A stretch of 54,439 nt of DNA from assembly GCA_964639945.1 (NCBI GenBank), contig CAZXHY010000003.1, forward strand, positions 1 through 54,439. The letters are read 5' to 3'. The notes under the pieces are model-generated. The model had not been told where the DNA came from. It saw nothing but the letters and a program-made list of their open reading frames with translations, and did not search any database. The position numbers were made by a program, and so were the translations under genes. Positions 19,436 to 29,097 of this stretch are shown one piece after another (position 1 is the first letter of the stretch; each line of letters begins with the position of its first letter). Origin of the DNA: an uncultured Gammaproteobacteria bacterium. Its GTDB lineage: Bacteria > Patescibacteriota > Microgenomatia > UBA10105 > UBA927.

Positions 19436-20650
19436 ATGCCATTTTTTTCTTATAAGGCTAGATCTCAAGACGGACAAACCGTAAAAGGATTAGTAGAAGC
19501 ACCGAATCAAGAAGCAGCATCAAAATTACTTCATGATAAGCAGTTGTTTATAACGGCGCTTACTGAATCTCGTGGCGGACGTGGGATAGGGTCTGTTACC
19601 ACCAAATATGAACGAGGTATCCCATTTGGCGAGATTGTTAACTTTACGAGGCAATTAGCCACAATGGTTGTGGCTGGTCTTTCACTTCCTGAGGCGCTCA
19701 CTATTCTTCGCGCGCAAACCACAAGTCAAGTATTTGTATCCGTACTTGCCGATATAGAACATCAGATAGTAAGTGGAGGAAATTTGGGAGATTCGCTTGC
19801 TAAATATCCTAAATATTTTCCACCCATATATATCGCGTTGGTGCGAGCTGGAGAGTCGTCTGGGCAACTAGATCAAGTTATGACAAGGCTTGCAGACAGC
19901 ATGGAAGGTCAACGTGATTTTAAAAGTAAGGTTTCTGGGGCCATGATATATCCGGTTATTATCGTGGTTGGTATGGGTGTCGTCGTTATGATCATGATGA
20001 CTGTGGTCATTCCGAAACTTACCGAGCTGTATAGTGATTTTGGTGTGGAGCTTCCGGGGTCTACGAAATTATTGATTAGCATGTCGTCGTTTTTTGTGAA
20101 TTTTTGGTGGCTCGTGATTGCCGCTGCAGTGGGTGGATATTATGCGTTTAACAAATGGAGAAAAACTACGACGGGCGAACTTGTGGTGGACACGATTATT
20201 TTGAAAGTTCCTTTATTTGGAGAGTTGCAGAAAAAAATTATTCTCGTCGAGTTTACTCGAACGTTATCAATGCTTATAACCAGTGGCATACGTCTTTTGG
20301 ATGCGTTACACATACTGAAAGATGCGTTGGGAAATGTGTTGTTCCGAAACGCTATTGTCAATATTTCCAAAAAAGTTGAGCGAGGATTTCCACTAGGTGA
20401 AACGTTTTCAGAATATCCCGTATTCCCTGTCATCGTTTCGCAAATGATGAAAGTAGGAGAAGAAACAGGAAAGCTGGACGATACGTTATTGAAGCTTTCT
20501 AAATATTTTCAATCCGAATCAGAAAATTTAGTGAAGGGACTGACAACTGCCATAGAGCCAATTATCATGGTGGTGCTTGGTGTGGGGGTGGGATTTATTG
20601 TCATATCAGTCATAACACCTATTTATAATCTGACAAGTCAGTTTAAATAA
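19436..20650 (+). CDS. pilC: Type IV pilus platform protein PilC (GspF family)
   Basis: 404 aa with two T2SSF repeats and three TM segments. The start MPFFSYKARSQDGQ is typical. Confidence 0.93.
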   Translation: MPFFSYKARSQDGQTVKGLVEAPNQEAASKLLHDKQLFITALTESRGGRGIGSVTTKYERGIPFGEIVNFTRQLATMVVAGLSLPEALTILRAQTTSQVFVSVLADIEHQIVSGGNLGDSLAKYPKYFPPIYIALVRAGESSGQLDQVMTRLADSMEGQRDFKSKVSGAMIYPVIIVVGMGVVVMIMMTVVIPKLTELYSDFGVELPGSTKLLISMSSFFVNFWWLVIAAAVGGYYAFNKWRKTTTGELVVDTIILKVPLFGELQKKIILVEFTRTLSMLITSGIRLLDALHILKDALGNVLFRNAIVNISKKVERGFPLGETFSEYPVFPVIVSQMMKVGEETGKLDDTLLKLSKYFQSESENLVKGLTTAIEPIIMVVLGVGVGFIVISVITPIYNLTSQFK

Positions 20651-20714
20651 TTGTTTGATGCCTTGACAATACTTTTTCGGCTATGATACACCAGTATATA
20701 GAGGTATTTATTTT

Positions 20715-21230
20715 ATGAAACTACAAAAAGGTTTTACATTGATCGAGCTTCTTATCGTTATCGCACTTTTGGGCGCATTGGCTGTCGGACTTTTGGCCAC
20801 TATCGATCCTTTCGAACAATTGAAAAAGGGTCGCGACACTTCTCTTCGTAACACAGTATCAGAATTCTATAATGCAAATTTGCGCTACTATGCTATAAAA
20901 GGATATTTCCCTTGGAATACCGCAACAACGACAAACGTTGTTAGTGGAAGTGTATATTCTGATTTTACAAGTTCTTTAACTGAGCTTGTTGCAGTGGGAG
21001 AATTGAAAAATCGATTCCAAGAGTTAGCAGGCACGGGTAATTTGAACAAAATAAAAGTTTACTCACCAACATCAGAAACATTATCGGTATGTTTCATGCC
21101 TGAATCCAAATCATTTCAAGCTGATCCAAATACGGTATACGACATGTCAGCCGGTACATCCACAGGATACGGTGCAGCATGTAAAGGCGCAGGTGGCACA
21201 TCACTTACCTGCTTCTTCTGTATCCAGTAA
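20715..21230 (+). CDS. pilA: Type IV (major) pilin with prepilin leader
   Basis: 171 aa. MKLQKGFTLIELLIVIALLG is the class III signal (G/FTLIEL). It is the first pilin after pilBTC. It has Ser/Thr-rich patches and four C-terminal Cys. Confidence 0.85.
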   Translation: MKLQKGFTLIELLIVIALLGALAVGLLATIDPFEQLKKGRDTSLRNTVSEFYNANLRYYAIKGYFPWNTATTTNVVSGSVYSDFTSSLTELVAVGELKNRFQELAGTGNLNKIKVYSPTSETLSVCFMPESKSFQADPNTVYDMSAGTSTGYGAACKGAGGTSLTCFFCIQ

Positions 21231-21239
21231 AAATAATTC

Positions 21240-23252
21240 TTGCCTGCTTACAATAGCTTCATGATACAGGCAGCGTCTATCAGCATTGTATATTTTATTC
21301 TCTCGTGCGTGTATCAGGCGCAAGGTATATACGGTGGTGATAGTGGTGATTTAGTCACCGCAGCAGTGACCATGGGCGTCCCTCACCCCCCAGGGTACCC
21401 GCTCTACACAGCCCTTGGTTGGTTTGCGTCTCACTTACCAGCATTTACCCCTGTTTGGCGGGTCACGCTCGTGTCATCTCTTTCACATGCGATTGTTTTA
21501 TATGTGGTGTATGTGCTTACGTATGCGATTGTCCGCAAGCACATAGTTGCTTTGTTTGCCACGCTTGTATTGGCTGGAAATTATCTTTTTGTACTTTATA
21601 CGTTAACTCCTGAGGTGTTTGGGTTGCATGATCTATTTGTTTCTCTCCTATTGTATTTGCTCTATAGAGTTATGACGGATAAAAATATCCGATGGCTGAT
21701 TCTTGCGTCGGGTGTATGGGGATTTGCGCTTTCACATCATCCTATCATTTTATTCCTTCTTCCTGCGTGGGTATATGCAGCTGTCTCACTGCGACTTGAT
21801 AGAAGATTGGACCTTCGCGGGCGAGTCTATGCGATCGGAGTGTTTGTTTTGGGTCTTATTCCATACATATATATCCCGATAGCAGCACGCGGGACGAGTA
21901 TCGTCAACTGGGATCATGCCGTCACCCTTGGACAGTTTATACGGCTGATTAGTCGTGCAGATTATGGAACGTTCATGTCGAGTGCTGCCGCAGGGACGCA
22001 AATGTATCAACGGTTCTTGAGCATCCGTGCGTATGGAGATTTTTTCTTGTTAGATTTTTCGTATATTGGACTAGCGCTACTTGTAGCAGGAATGCTTTGG
22101 GTGTGGAAATATAACCGCAATTTCCTTGCGGCGTGGATACTAGCCCTCATTAGCATAGGTCCGGGATTTTATTTTTACGCAAGTTTCCCGCTGGGTGGAC
22201 GATTTACTTTAGGAACCTATGAGAGATTTATGTTATCAAGTTATGTGTTGGTAGCGCCCATAATCGGTGTGGGGGCATATGCGGCAGCTCAGAAGCTTGT
22301 GAGCTATCTATCTGGGATTCGCGCCAAATCCAAGGAATCGATTATTACTATTTTTCTTGTCGCTGCACTACTCTACCCTGTCATGCTTGGTGCCATTTCC
22401 GTGTGGAGATTTGTGGGGCTAGCAACAGATAAAACAGCAGAAAATTTTGCTGTCGATATATTGTCCAGCGCACCGCCCAGATCGATCGTGCTGCTTGTTC
22501 ACGACGTTGCGCTTTTTACCACTCAATATGTCCGGTATGGTTTATATATGCGTCCTGATACTATAGTGATTCAGTTTTCTCGACTACAACAACCAGATTA
22601 TCAGTATGTACTCAAACAACTGTTTCCAGATTTAGTTATGCCACCAGATTCTGGGGATTTTCTACAAGAATTTATTGACAAAAATTCCGCACTTCGCCCA
22701 ATAGTTACCAATTCATTGTTTCCCTTGCGCCCAGAATTTGAATGGTTGCCTAATGGGTTATTGTATGTATTGGTTCCGGCCTCAGAAAAACAATCCCCAG
22801 AGGATGTGGTACAAGATAACGCTGTATTGTGGGCACAATTTCACAATCCGACACAAGGCATATTGGGTAGATATCATCATCTTATGCTTTCGAATGTTTT
22901 GGATGAGTACGCCTCCGCTGCTGTTTCGTACGGGGAAGTGCTAGGTCAAAGTGGTCGTTTGCTCCTTGCACGTGCACAATTCGAAAAGGCTATTTCGTAC
23001 GGATCAGACGGCAAAAGCGAAGATGCATATATAAAACTTGGTATGACGCAGGCTATGATGGGAAACTGTCATGAGGCGCTTGGGTCTTTGCGCGAGAGTG
23101 AATCATATGCAGCTGCTCCCAATCAGGAACTCCTAAAGTACGAAGGGATTATTTACCGTGATTGTTTACGCGACGCTTCGCGGGCGGCGGCACTTTTTTT
23201 TCGGTACGATGCCGTGCAGAAAAAATCTGAAACACCATTAGAGCAGTTGTAA
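21240..23252 (+). CDS. DUF2723/TMEM260-like GT-C membrane glycosyltransferase with C-terminal TPR-like region
   Basis: 670 aa (TTG start at 21240; alternative ATG at 21261). The N-terminal GGDSGDLVTAAVTMGVPHPPGYPLYT block is the DUF2723 hallmark. It has more than 10 TM segments. Confidence 0.65.
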   Translation: MPAYNSFMIQAASISIVYFILSCVYQAQGIYGGDSGDLVTAAVTMGVPHPPGYPLYTALGWFASHLPAFTPVWRVTLVSSLSHAIVLYVVYVLTYAIVRKHIVALFATLVLAGNYLFVLYTLTPEVFGLHDLFVSLLLYLLYRVMTDKNIRWLILASGVWGFALSHHPIILFLLPAWVYAAVSLRLDRRLDLRGRVYAIGVFVLGLIPYIYIPIAARGTSIVNWDHAVTLGQFIRLISRADYGTFMSSAAAGTQMYQRFLSIRAYGDFFLLDFSYIGLALLVAGMLWVWKYNRNFLAAWILALISIGPGFYFYASFPLGGRFTLGTYERFMLSSYVLVAPIIGVGAYAAAQKLVSYLSGIRAKSKESIITIFLVAALLYPVMLGAISVWRFVGLATDKTAENFAVDILSSAPPRSIVLLVHDVALFTTQYVRYGLYMRPDTIVIQFSRLQQPDYQYVLKQLFPDLVMPPDSGDFLQEFIDKNSALRPIVTNSLFPLRPEFEWLPNGLLYVLVPASEKQSPEDVVQDNAVLWAQFHNPTQGILGRYHHLMLSNVLDEYASAAVSYGEVLGQSGRLLLARAQFEKAISYGSDGKSEDAYIKLGMTQAMMGNCHEALGSLRESESYAAAPNQELLKYEGIIYRDCLRDASRAAALFFRYDAVQKKSETPLEQL

Positions 23253-25383
23253 GCAATGTGAACCCCAGAGTCCCCCAGATTCCATACGTTATACTCTCAG
23301 GTTCATAGGTGAACGTAACGGTGTGTGTGCCTTGTGGCACAAAAACAGCGCGTTGTGTGAAGTTTGCTGTGAATATATGTGTAGGCTCGCCATCGATTTT
23401 TGCAATCCAACCGGGGTAGCTTGTGTCAGCAAGAACAAGCATCGCGTCTATTGCGTTGGATGTTGTGATTTCTACCTTCGTATCCTGATCAATGCTGATG
23501 GTTGCAGATGATGACGCAAGGGGGTTTTGTATACTTGGCGTGAGAAATGTTGAAAGATGAGGGTTTTTGATAAACTCATGATTTTCGAGAATTACTGTTT
23601 TTTTGGGATCAAACGTAGATTCTTGAAACAGCGCACCTACTCGCTCTACCGTATCTGCTGTTACAACTTGCGATACAAAACGCGCTCTCGGTAACGCGTT
23701 CGTATTGTGGTAGAGCTCTAGGGTGATTCCATGGTTCGTTTGTGAGTATGTGTGGGTGAGCCCAAGATGTGTGAGCGGAAAAAATGAGATGATATTGGTA
23801 ACCGACAGCATATTTAGGAGTGAGTGTGCTGTTGCGGACATCGTAGCATGGCCAGATTTTATGCTGATTTCCTGCATATTTAATAACTGATCTATGACTG
23901 TAGGGCGAAGTAAAAATCTTCCTGCATATATTCCATGCTGGGGTATATCCCAAAGCATGTTGCTCAGTGGCGCTACTCCATTGCGCAGTTCAAAATATGG
24001 CTTTGGGTCTACCCAGCCTTTGGTGGCAAAAAGTTCTTGTTGAACCTTCTCTTCTCCAATCGTGAAAACTCTCCCTGATTGTAAATGATTGATGATCTCG
24101 GGAGGTTGTATCCATTCGTGTGCTGGAACAAATAATTGGTAAGACCACCATGTGTGCATGAGTTGTATTGCATGAACAAGAATGATGACAAGAATAATAA
24201 TTTTATGACGAGCGTTGCTGCGACGATCTAGCCAGTCCACAGCGCTAGCTGCGATTACAATAAGGAAGAATGAAAAAAGCCAGATAAATCTCGATGGAAC
24301 GCGAAATAGAGTTAGTGGCCAGAGCGTGTAGATGAGATATAGCGGGGAATGTCTTCCACCAGCAAGCAGTAAGGACGCTCCTGCCACGATAGCGAAAAAT
24401 TTTACATACAAGACTTTGCGCGTTGTAAGTAGTGCAAACAATAACAACACTAGAGGAAAGATTCCCATGTATATAGTGTTTTCCCAAGGGATATTGCCAG
24501 CGAGTAAGAATTTTTCAGGAAAAATAGCATATTTATTATTTGCTATAGCAAATGGATTGATAAGCGTTTCAAGATCCATAGATGCAAATGAATACTGTGT
24601 GGCACTCTGATAGGTAAATCCACGAGGAAATGCACTTGCTTTGAGAAATTCCCATGAGGGCACTAGTTGTGCCAGTGCCATCCCCATCCCTAATGCTGTC
24701 GCGGTGATAATGTAGAGAATGTTTTTATATGTATGCGTTGTGACCGCATGCCAAAGTATAAAAGCTAAACTTGTGACAAGTGTGAGAAATGTGGCTTGCG
24801 GAAATCCTGAGAAAATTTGTTGAGTTAATAGGAATGCAAAAATATATCCCCATGGGAACCAACCTTTTTGGGTAATACGTACCGTTGTAGCAAGCAAGAA
24901 TGGCATAATACTGGTTGCCTGAAGCAATGTGATATGTGGAAGTTGTAGCATAGGATATGCAAAAAATGTAAGTGTAATTCCTGCGAAGAATGCCGCAAGT
25001 GGCGAGAAACCGATTATCCGAACAAAACAATACATGCCTACCCCTATCATGCTAAACGCAAGGACAATAATCAGGTTGTATGCCCAAACCGCATCAAATA
25101 TAGAAAAAAATATAGTGTTAGGAAGGTAGAATATTCCAGTTTGCCCTTCAGCAAGAAGAGGAAAGCCGTCGCCGATGGTGCTTTTCCACGTCAGGAGTTT
25201 TCCTTCGTGCAGTGCTTTACCAAGCTCGAATTTTGTCGCAAAACTGAAATGCCACGCATCACTTCTGCCGAGATCTTGTGTGGCGACAATTTGTGGAATT
25301 GGGGCAAATAGTCGAAAGAAAAAGATTATAACCGCGGTTGTTATTCCAAATATTGCTAGTATATCGCTGCTCCATTGTTTCAT
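23149..25383 (-). CDS. YfhO-like polytopic membrane protein (putative GT-C glycosyltransferase)
   Basis: The track ORF extends to 25599 and overlaps pilD. Met73 at 25383 (MKQWSSDILAIFG...) is preferred. It has many N-terminal TMs, a large extracytoplasmic C-terminal domain ending in YPGWIAKIDGEP...TFTYEP, and a final TM, which is the YfhO architecture. Confidence 0.6.
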   Translation of the reverse strand: MKQWSSDILAIFGITTAVIIFFFRLFAPIPQIVATQDLGRSDAWHFSFATKFELGKALHEGKLLTWKSTIGDGFPLLAEGQTGIFYLPNTIFFSIFDAVWAYNLIIVLAFSMIGVGMYCFVRIIGFSPLAAFFAGITLTFFAYPMLQLPHITLLQATSIMPFLLATTVRITQKGWFPWGYIFAFLLTQQIFSGFPQATFLTLVTSLAFILWHAVTTHTYKNILYIITATALGMGMALAQLVPSWEFLKASAFPRGFTYQSATQYSFASMDLETLINPFAIANNKYAIFPEKFLLAGNIPWENTIYMGIFPLVLLLFALLTTRKVLYVKFFAIVAGASLLLAGGRHSPLYLIYTLWPLTLFRVPSRFIWLFSFFLIVIAASAVDWLDRRSNARHKIIILVIILVHAIQLMHTWWSYQLFVPAHEWIQPPEIINHLQSGRVFTIGEEKVQQELFATKGWVDPKPYFELRNGVAPLSNMLWDIPQHGIYAGRFLLRPTVIDQLLNMQEISIKSGHATMSATAHSLLNMLSVTNIISFFPLTHLGLTHTYSQTNHGITLELYHNTNALPRARFVSQVVTADTVERVGALFQESTFDPKKTVILENHEFIKNPHLSTFLTPSIQNPLASSSATISIDQDTKVEITTSNAIDAMLVLADTSYPGWIAKIDGEPTHIFTANFTQRAVFVPQGTHTVTFTYEPESITYGIWGTLGFTLLTTALMVFQIFSARHRTEKKVPPPAKRRVNNHGK

Positions 25384-25469
25384 GTGCCCAAGAGTGTACC
25401 GTAGAGAATCTAATATTGGCAAGAGCGGCGGTTGACAATAACAGGTCCTCCCTGTGAGACTAGATACAT

Positions 25470-26231
25470 ATGTGGATTCTTTTGATCTGTATCGTTGGAC
25501 TTGTTGTAGGGTCTTTTTTGAATGTTTTGATAGATCGAGCACCTCTGGATGAGTCTGTTTTGTGGGGACGATCACATTGTGATCATTGCAAGAAACCACT
25601 TCGATGGTTTGAGCTCATTCCAGTGCTCTCGTATGTACTGCAGCGTGGCCGTTGTCGCAGGTGTCGAAAGCAGTTGCGTTTGCAATATCCGATTATTGAG
25701 GCCGCGAATGCGATACTGTTTGGATTCATTGCGTGGTATTGGGGGCCAATCTCCTCGCTTAGTGACGTTGCCGGATTTTTTGGATTGCTCCTTTTTGCTT
25801 CAGCAGCGCTTTCAATAGTTGTGGCCGATGTTTTATACCAACTTATTCCTGATGGGGCAATCGTGCTTATTCTTCTTGCGAGTGCAGTTCAATATACAAA
25901 CGCTCCTGACCGTATACCCATTGGCATCGTTTCTGCGATGGTGGCGTTTGGTTTATTTTACTTTCTTTGGTGGATTACTCGTGAGAAAGGCATGGGGTTT
26001 GGCGATGTGAAGCTTGCGGGTGCGTTGGGGTTATTTTTAGGGTTTCCAGATATTGTATTAGCGTTATATATAGCTTTCTTGACCGGTGCAGTTGTCGGTG
26101 TCATACTGATGGTAGGAAAGCGTGCGGGCTTAAAAACAAAACTAGCCTTTGGTCCATTTTTAATATTAGGTACAGTTGGTGCGTTAATGTTTAGTCAACA
26201 ATTGTATCAATTGTGGTACAGTCTCGTATGA
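25470..26231 (+). CDS. pilD: Prepilin peptidase / N-methyltransferase (A24 family)
   Basis: 253 aa. It has the zinc-finger CDHCKKPL...CRRCRKQL and the catalytic GMGFGDVKL motif. Confidence 0.93.
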   Translation: MWILLICIVGLVVGSFLNVLIDRAPLDESVLWGRSHCDHCKKPLRWFELIPVLSYVLQRGRCRRCRKQLRLQYPIIEAANAILFGFIAWYWGPISSLSDVAGFFGLLLFASAALSIVVADVLYQLIPDGAIVLILLASAVQYTNAPDRIPIGIVSAMVAFGLFYFLWWITREKGMGFGDVKLAGALGLFLGFPDIVLALYIAFLTGAVVGVILMVGKRAGLKTKLAFGPFLILGTVGALMFSQQLYQLWYSLV

Positions 26232-26668
26232 AAAAAAAAGTTTACCAATCAGGTTTTACCCTCATGGAGCTTTTGATTACTGTCTCAATCATCGCAATTC
26301 TTATTGCGATTGGCATAGCTTCTTATTCCACGATAAACAAACAATCTCGTGATACAAAACGAAAAAGCGACATAGAGCAACTACGTTCTGCTCTCGAAAT
26401 GTATCGAGCTGACAATTCGTCATACCCAAGTGCTGGAGCAGGCAGTTGGACAGCGGCGTCTGATCTTTCAACAGCTCTTGCAACAACCTATATCCTTGCT
26501 ATCCCTTCGGATCCACAAGGAGCCTCTCAGCCATACATGTATCGGGCTACTGATATTGCGAATGGCATATACTATGGGTATTGTATAAGTTCATTGCTAG
26601 AAACGGAGAATCCTACTGATACCTGTACACCGTATACCGGACAATCCTTTGGTATAAAAAATCCATGA
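26228..26668 (+). CDS. Prepilin-type protein, GspG/PulG-like pilin
   Basis: The start ATGA overlaps the pilD stop. MKKKVYQSGFTLMELLITVSIIAILIAIG is the class III signal. There is an A9 tract right after the ATG. Confidence 0.8.
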   Translation: MKKKVYQSGFTLMELLITVSIIAILIAIGIASYSTINKQSRDTKRKSDIEQLRSALEMYRADNSSYPSAGAGSWTAASDLSTALATTYILAIPSDPQGASQPYMYRATDIANGIYYGYCISSLLETENPTDTCTPYTGQSFGIKNP

Positions 26669-27156
26669 CCGCCTTTCGCATACGTCACGATACATATCGA
26701 CAAACTGGATATACGTTATTTGAACTAATTATTTCTATTGCAATTATATCGATAGTATTTGGACTTGCCATAGCTGCATATAATACGTTTAATAAACGAG
26801 AGCGATTACGACAAGCCGGTTTAAATTTAAAAGCTAATTTGCGTTTCGCTCAGACTAAATCTCTTTCAGCAGAAAAGCCATCTTCAGGATGTACAACATT
26901 TTCGGGTATGCAAGTGAGTTTTACTTCTAATACCTATTCGATCGTTCATGTGTGTACTGAGGGGGCAGTGGGAACTTCCATAGATACAACCTTACCTTCT
27001 GATATAACGTTCTCCCCTACCCCAACAACTTTCACCTTTTTACCGCTCACTCGATCGACTTCATTACAGTCTGGACAATCGTTAGTGCTTACCAATGGAC
27101 TTGCGTCGTATACACTCGTAGTATCTGGTGGTGGCGATATAAGTGATTCAGAGTAG
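26665..27156 (+). CDS. Minor pilin / pseudopilin (GspH/FimT-like)
   Basis: QTGYTLFELIISIAIISIVFG is a prepilin N-terminal methylation motif. There is a 4-nt overlap with the upstream gene. Confidence 0.75.
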   Translation: MTAFRIRHDTYRQTGYTLFELIISIAIISIVFGLAIAAYNTFNKRERLRQAGLNLKANLRFAQTKSLSAEKPSSGCTTFSGMQVSFTSNTYSIVHVCTEGAVGTSIDTTLPSDITFSPTPTTFTFLPLTRSTSLQSGQSLVLTNGLASYTLVVSGGGDISDSE

Positions 27157-27169
27157 GTACATTCATTTT

Positions 27170-27607
27170 ATGAGAAAATTAGCAAAACAGCGAGGGCAGA
27201 CTCTCCTTGAATTGATCATTTCGATTGGTGTTGTTGTGTTTGTTATGTTGGGATTGGTCGTCGCAGTGACGTCTTCACTTCGATTTAGTCAGGCAAGTAG
27301 AAATCGTAGTCGGGCAGTGAAATATGCACAAGAAGCTATAGAGATGACTCGTCAAATTCGAGATACAAGCCCATGGGACACATTTTTAGGCTATACAGGG
27401 TCAACATCAAAATCTTGGTGTCTGAGCAAAGAAGGTGTGTGGACTCCAGTTGATGGAACATGCGTTCCATTGGATGGTATATTTACCCGTACAGTCGATT
27501 TGACGTGGAATGACCCCATCGTGGTTGTTGGAGTGGATGTGAGTTGGCAAGATGGTAGCCGAGTTTTGCATAGCCAACTAGATACGTATTTAACACAATG
27601 GAAGTAG
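27170..27607 (+). CDS. Minor pilin / pseudopilin
   Basis: MRKLAKQRGQTLLELIISIGVVVF is a prepilin-type motif. The track start at 27143 would overlap the upstream gene, so the ATG at 27170 is preferred. Confidence 0.7.
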   Translation: MRKLAKQRGQTLLELIISIGVVVFVMLGLVVAVTSSLRFSQASRNRSRAVKYAQEAIEMTRQIRDTSPWDTFLGYTGSTSKSWCLSKEGVWTPVDGTCVPLDGIFTRTVDLTWNDPIVVVGVDVSWQDGSRVLHSQLDTYLTQWK

Positions 27608-27612
27608 GATGT

Positions 27613-28158
27613 ATGAAAAAAGAATCAAACAGTACACCAAATATTTCAGGATTTACACTACTCGAGTTGATTGTGACAGTTGCTGCGATCGCACTTATGA
27701 GCACGGTATTGAGTCAGATATTTTTTACTACCCTAAAAACAAATAAACGAACAGAGCTCTTAAAAGAGGTAAAACAAAACGGTGATTTTGCACAAGAGTC
27801 TCTTACGCGTATGATTCAGAATGCACAGTCCTTGAGTACTATATGTGATTCAGCTGGAGTAGAGAGTACGTCGATTGCGATAGTAAATCCAGATGGTAAC
27901 ACGACGACGCTTACGTGTGTAGATGACGGTGAAGTGGCACGCATGGCTTCGGTAAGTGCATCGCAAACTGAGTATTTGACTTCAACAAACGTGACCCTTG
28001 GGGCTACTTGCACAACGTCTACCTTTACCTTCGTATGCAAAGGAGGAACTGCTGTGCCCAACAGTCTCACCATATCGTTTACCCTTTCGCATGTAGACTA
28101 TGATGCGTTTAGCGCTGCATTTCAGACGACCGTAACGACAAGGAATGTTATACGGTAA
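27613..28158 (+). CDS. Minor pilin / pseudopilin
   Basis: MKKESNSTPNISGFTLLELIVTVAAIALM is a prepilin-type motif. The ATG at 27613 is preferred over the track start at 27598. Confidence 0.7.
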   Translation: MKKESNSTPNISGFTLLELIVTVAAIALMSTVLSQIFFTTLKTNKRTELLKEVKQNGDFAQESLTRMIQNAQSLSTICDSAGVESTSIAIVNPDGNTTTLTCVDDGEVARMASVSASQTEYLTSTNVTLGATCTTSTFTFVCKGGTAVPNSLTISFTLSHVDYDAFSAAFQTTVTTRNVIR

Positions 28159-28192
28159 CGGCACTTGTCAAACATCCGTCTGGTTCTCTACA

Positions 28193-29065
28193 ATGAATAT
28201 GTATATGTCTTACGGTATTAAAAAATCGGCTCAATCTGGTCAAATGCTTTTGATCACAATTTTGGTGCTTACCATAGCCACCACCATTGGACTTTCTTTG
28301 ATCGGAAGATCTACGTTGGACGTTTCAATGACGAATCAACTAGAGGATTCGTCGCGGGCATTTAGTGCAGCCGAGGCGGGAGTCGAACAAGCGCTTCTTA
28401 CTGGTCTTGGCACGGGTAGTCCACAGGTTCTCACTGCAGGTAGCGGAATAACCTATGACGTATCGGTGGGTGTAGTTGGAGGCGCAACTGGAGTCTATCA
28501 GATCGCTCGCAAAACACCTCAAGGTGTCACCGAAACGTTATGGTTGGTAAACCACAATGACGATGGTACGCTAGACGAAACAAGTTCGTATAGAACGAAT
28601 ACATTAAATCTTTGTTGGAGTCAGGAGTTGGTTATCCCTGCGATTGTTGGCACAGTGTTGTATAAGGAAGGCACAGATGGAAGTTATAAAGTAGTAAAAT
28701 TTGCCTACGATCCTGATGCCACAAATCGTAGTAACAACTTTACTAGTGGAGTAGGCGCGGTAAATGGGTGTGGATTAGGAAATTATTATCAGGTGTCAGT
28801 AGATTTTGCAGCGTTAGGAATTTCCCTTTCAGGGGTAAATCAAGATACGTTGCTTGAACTGAGGCTTCGACCTGAATATGCTGATACTACCATCGCGGTA
28901 GACTCTGGACTGACTGCATTGCCTAAGCAAGGAAAGTTGATCCAGTCTGTCGGAAAAGCAGCCTCTGGGGTAACTCGTAAGGTTGTTGTGTATCAACAAT
29001 ATAGAACAGCAGGAAGTATTTTCGATAATGTTATATTTAGTCAATCGTCATTTGGACATAACTGA
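28193..29065 (+). CDS. PilX-like minor pilin (larger, candidate tip or priming subunit)
   Basis: SAQSGQMLLITILVLTIATTIGLSL...SSRAFSAAEAGVEQAL matches the PilX N-terminal pattern. The start is ambiguous (28145, 28193, 28199 or 28205). Confidence 0.6.
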   Translation: MNMYMSYGIKKSAQSGQMLLITILVLTIATTIGLSLIGRSTLDVSMTNQLEDSSRAFSAAEAGVEQALLTGLGTGSPQVLTAGSGITYDVSVGVVGGATGVYQIARKTPQGVTETLWLVNHNDDGTLDETSSYRTNTLNLCWSQELVIPAIVGTVLYKEGTDGSYKVVKFAYDPDATNRSNNFTSGVGAVNGCGLGNYYQVSVDFAALGISLSGVNQDTLLELRLRPEYADTTIAVDSGLTALPKQGKLIQSVGKAASGVTRKVVVYQQYRTAGSIFDNVIFSQSSFGHN

Positions 29066-29097
29066 TGATAGATGTTGCTTTTTAGGAAACTGCCCAT

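Noticed and set aside
20663-20700. Promoter upstream of the major pilin from the perfect TTGACA at about 20664
   Set aside because: No acceptable -10 lies at 16-19 nt. TATGAT is only 13 nt away and ATACAC at 17 nt is poor. It is left unannotated.
25384-25599. N-terminal extension of the YfhO-like ORF (track start 25599), and similar track extensions at 4098, 9538, 27143, 27598, 32458, 32724 and 44397
   Set aside because: The extensions overlap neighbouring genes or promoters, lack family-typical sequence, and internal ATGs with better context reproduce canonical N-termini. Starts were trimmed accordingly.
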